A stretch of 38,241 nt of DNA from Nemertoderma westbladi (lineage: Eukaryota > Animalia > Xenacoelomorpha), in the NCBI GenBank assembly GCA_032718475.1, contig JAUCBJ010000553.1, positions 1 to 38,241 of the forward strand, given 5' to 3'. Within the stretch, counting starts at the first letter, position 1. Each line of letters opens with the position of its first letter. Of the stretch, positions 36,701 through 38,241 are shown piece by piece. The notes under the pieces are model-generated. The model was not told the DNA's origin. It did not search any database and saw only the letters and a list, made by a program, of their open reading frames with translations. The translations under genes were made by a program, and so were the position numbers.

Positions 36701-38241
36701 TGTACCAATGTAAATCAGTGTACCAATGTAGATCAATTTACCAATGTCGACCAGTGTACCAATGGTGATCAATGTACCAATGTAGATCAGTGTACCAATG
36801 TCGATCAATGTACCAATGTTGATCAATGTACCAATAGATCAGTATACCAATGGTGATCAATGTACCAATGTAGATCAATGTACCAATGTAAATCAGTATA
36901 CCAATGTAGATCAATTTACCAATGTCGATCAGTGTACCAATGTAGATCAGTGTACCAATGGTGATCAATGTACCAATAGATTAGTATACCAATGGTGATC
37001 AATGTACCAATGTTGATCAATGTACCAATGTAAATCAGTGTACCAATGTAGATCAATTTACCAATGCCGATCAGTGTACCAATGGTGATCAATGTACCAT
37101 TGTAGATCAGTGTACCAATGTAGATTAGTGTACGAATGTTAATTAGTATACCAATGTCGATCAGTGTACCAATGTAGATCAGTGTACCAATGTAGATCAG
37201 TGTACCAATGTAGATCAGTGTACCAATGGTGATCAATGTACCAATGTAGATCAGTGTACCAATGTAGATCAATGCACCAATGTAGATCAGTGTACCAATG
37301 TCGATCAATGTACCAATGTAGATCAATATACCATTGTAGATCAGTGTACCAATGTAGATCAGTGTACCAATGTAGATCAGTGTACCAATGTCGATTAATG
37401 TACCAATGTAGATCAGTGTACGAATGTTAATTAGTATACCAATGACGATCAGTTTACCAATGTAGATCAGTGTACCAATGTAGATCAGTGTACCAATGTA
37501 GATCAGTATACCAATGGTGATCAATGTACCAATGTAGATCAGTGTACCAATGTCGATCAATGCACCAATGTAGATCAGTGTACCAATGTAGATCAATATA
37601 CAATTGTAGATCAGTGTACCAGTGTAGATCAGTGTACCAATGTATATCAATGTACCAATGTAGATCAGTGTACCAATGGTGATCAATGTACCAATAGATC
37701 AGTATACCAATGGTGATCAATGTACCAATGTAGATCAATGTACCAATGTAAATCAGTGTACCAATGTAGATCAATTTACCAATGTCGATCAGTGTACCAA
37801 TGGTGATCAATGTACCAATGTAGATCAGTGTACCAATGTCGATCAATGTACCAATGTTGATCAATGTACCAATAGATCAGTATACCAATGTCGATCAATG
37901 TACCAATGTAGATCAGTGTACCAATGTAGATCAGTGTACCAATGTAGATCAGTGTACCAATGTGGATCAGTGTATCAATGTAGATCAGTGTACCAATGTC
38001 GATCAATGTACCAATGTAGATCAGTGTACCAATGGTGATCAGTGTACCAATGTCGATCAATGTACCAATTTAGATCAATATACCAATGTAGATCAGTGTA
38101 CCAATGTAGATCAGTGTACCAATGTAGATCAGTGTACCAATGTAGATCAGTGTACCAATGTAGATCAGGGTACCAATGTAGATCAGTGTACCAATGTCGA
38201 TCAATGTACCAATGTAGATCAGTGTACCAATGTAGATCAGT
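33783..38241. repeat. 18-bp minisatellite (CCAATGTAGATCAGTGTA)n, >4.4 kb, runs off the window
   Basis: Continuous 18-bp periodicity with recurrent variants (GTCGAT, GGTGAT, GTTAATT) and 16-bp deletion units. It starts ~36 nt after the exon L donor. Confidence 0.97.

Noticed and set aside
33729-38060. Long (IGTLIY)n ORFs resembling hexapeptide/beta-helix proteins, and plus-strand YQCRSV/QCTNVD ORFs
   Set aside because: They are a by-product of an 18-bp unit lacking stops, are broken repeatedly by 16-bp units, and have no unique domain.

Overview
Eukaryotic (probably invertebrate animal) genomic DNA that appears chimeric. Bases 1-2974 are a near-perfect 475-bp AT-rich tandem array. It is joined through a head-to-head pair of library adapters (AAGCAGTGGTATCAACGCAGAGTAC, 2975-3027) to a 5'- and 3'-incomplete symplekin (SYMPK) gene on the + strand. 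I reconstruct 12 phase-compatible GT-AG coding exons between 3574 and 33746 (2435 nt, about 811 codons). The striking feature is that 6 of the 12 exons end in a tandem array whose unit is the last 10-45 nt of that exon plus the GT donor and the first intron bases. The units are 28/37, 45, 31, 37/56/58, 51 and 37/38 bp and are unrelated in sequence. Array size ranges from 3 copies to an 18.4-kb array with higher-order structure, so introns open with up to hundreds of near-identical decoy 5' splice sites. The introns also hold an 18-bp satellite, two foldback/MITE-like elements, a small hairpin and a tRNA-headed SINE with a target-site duplication. Homology calls rest on my recollection of human symplekin, not on a database search.
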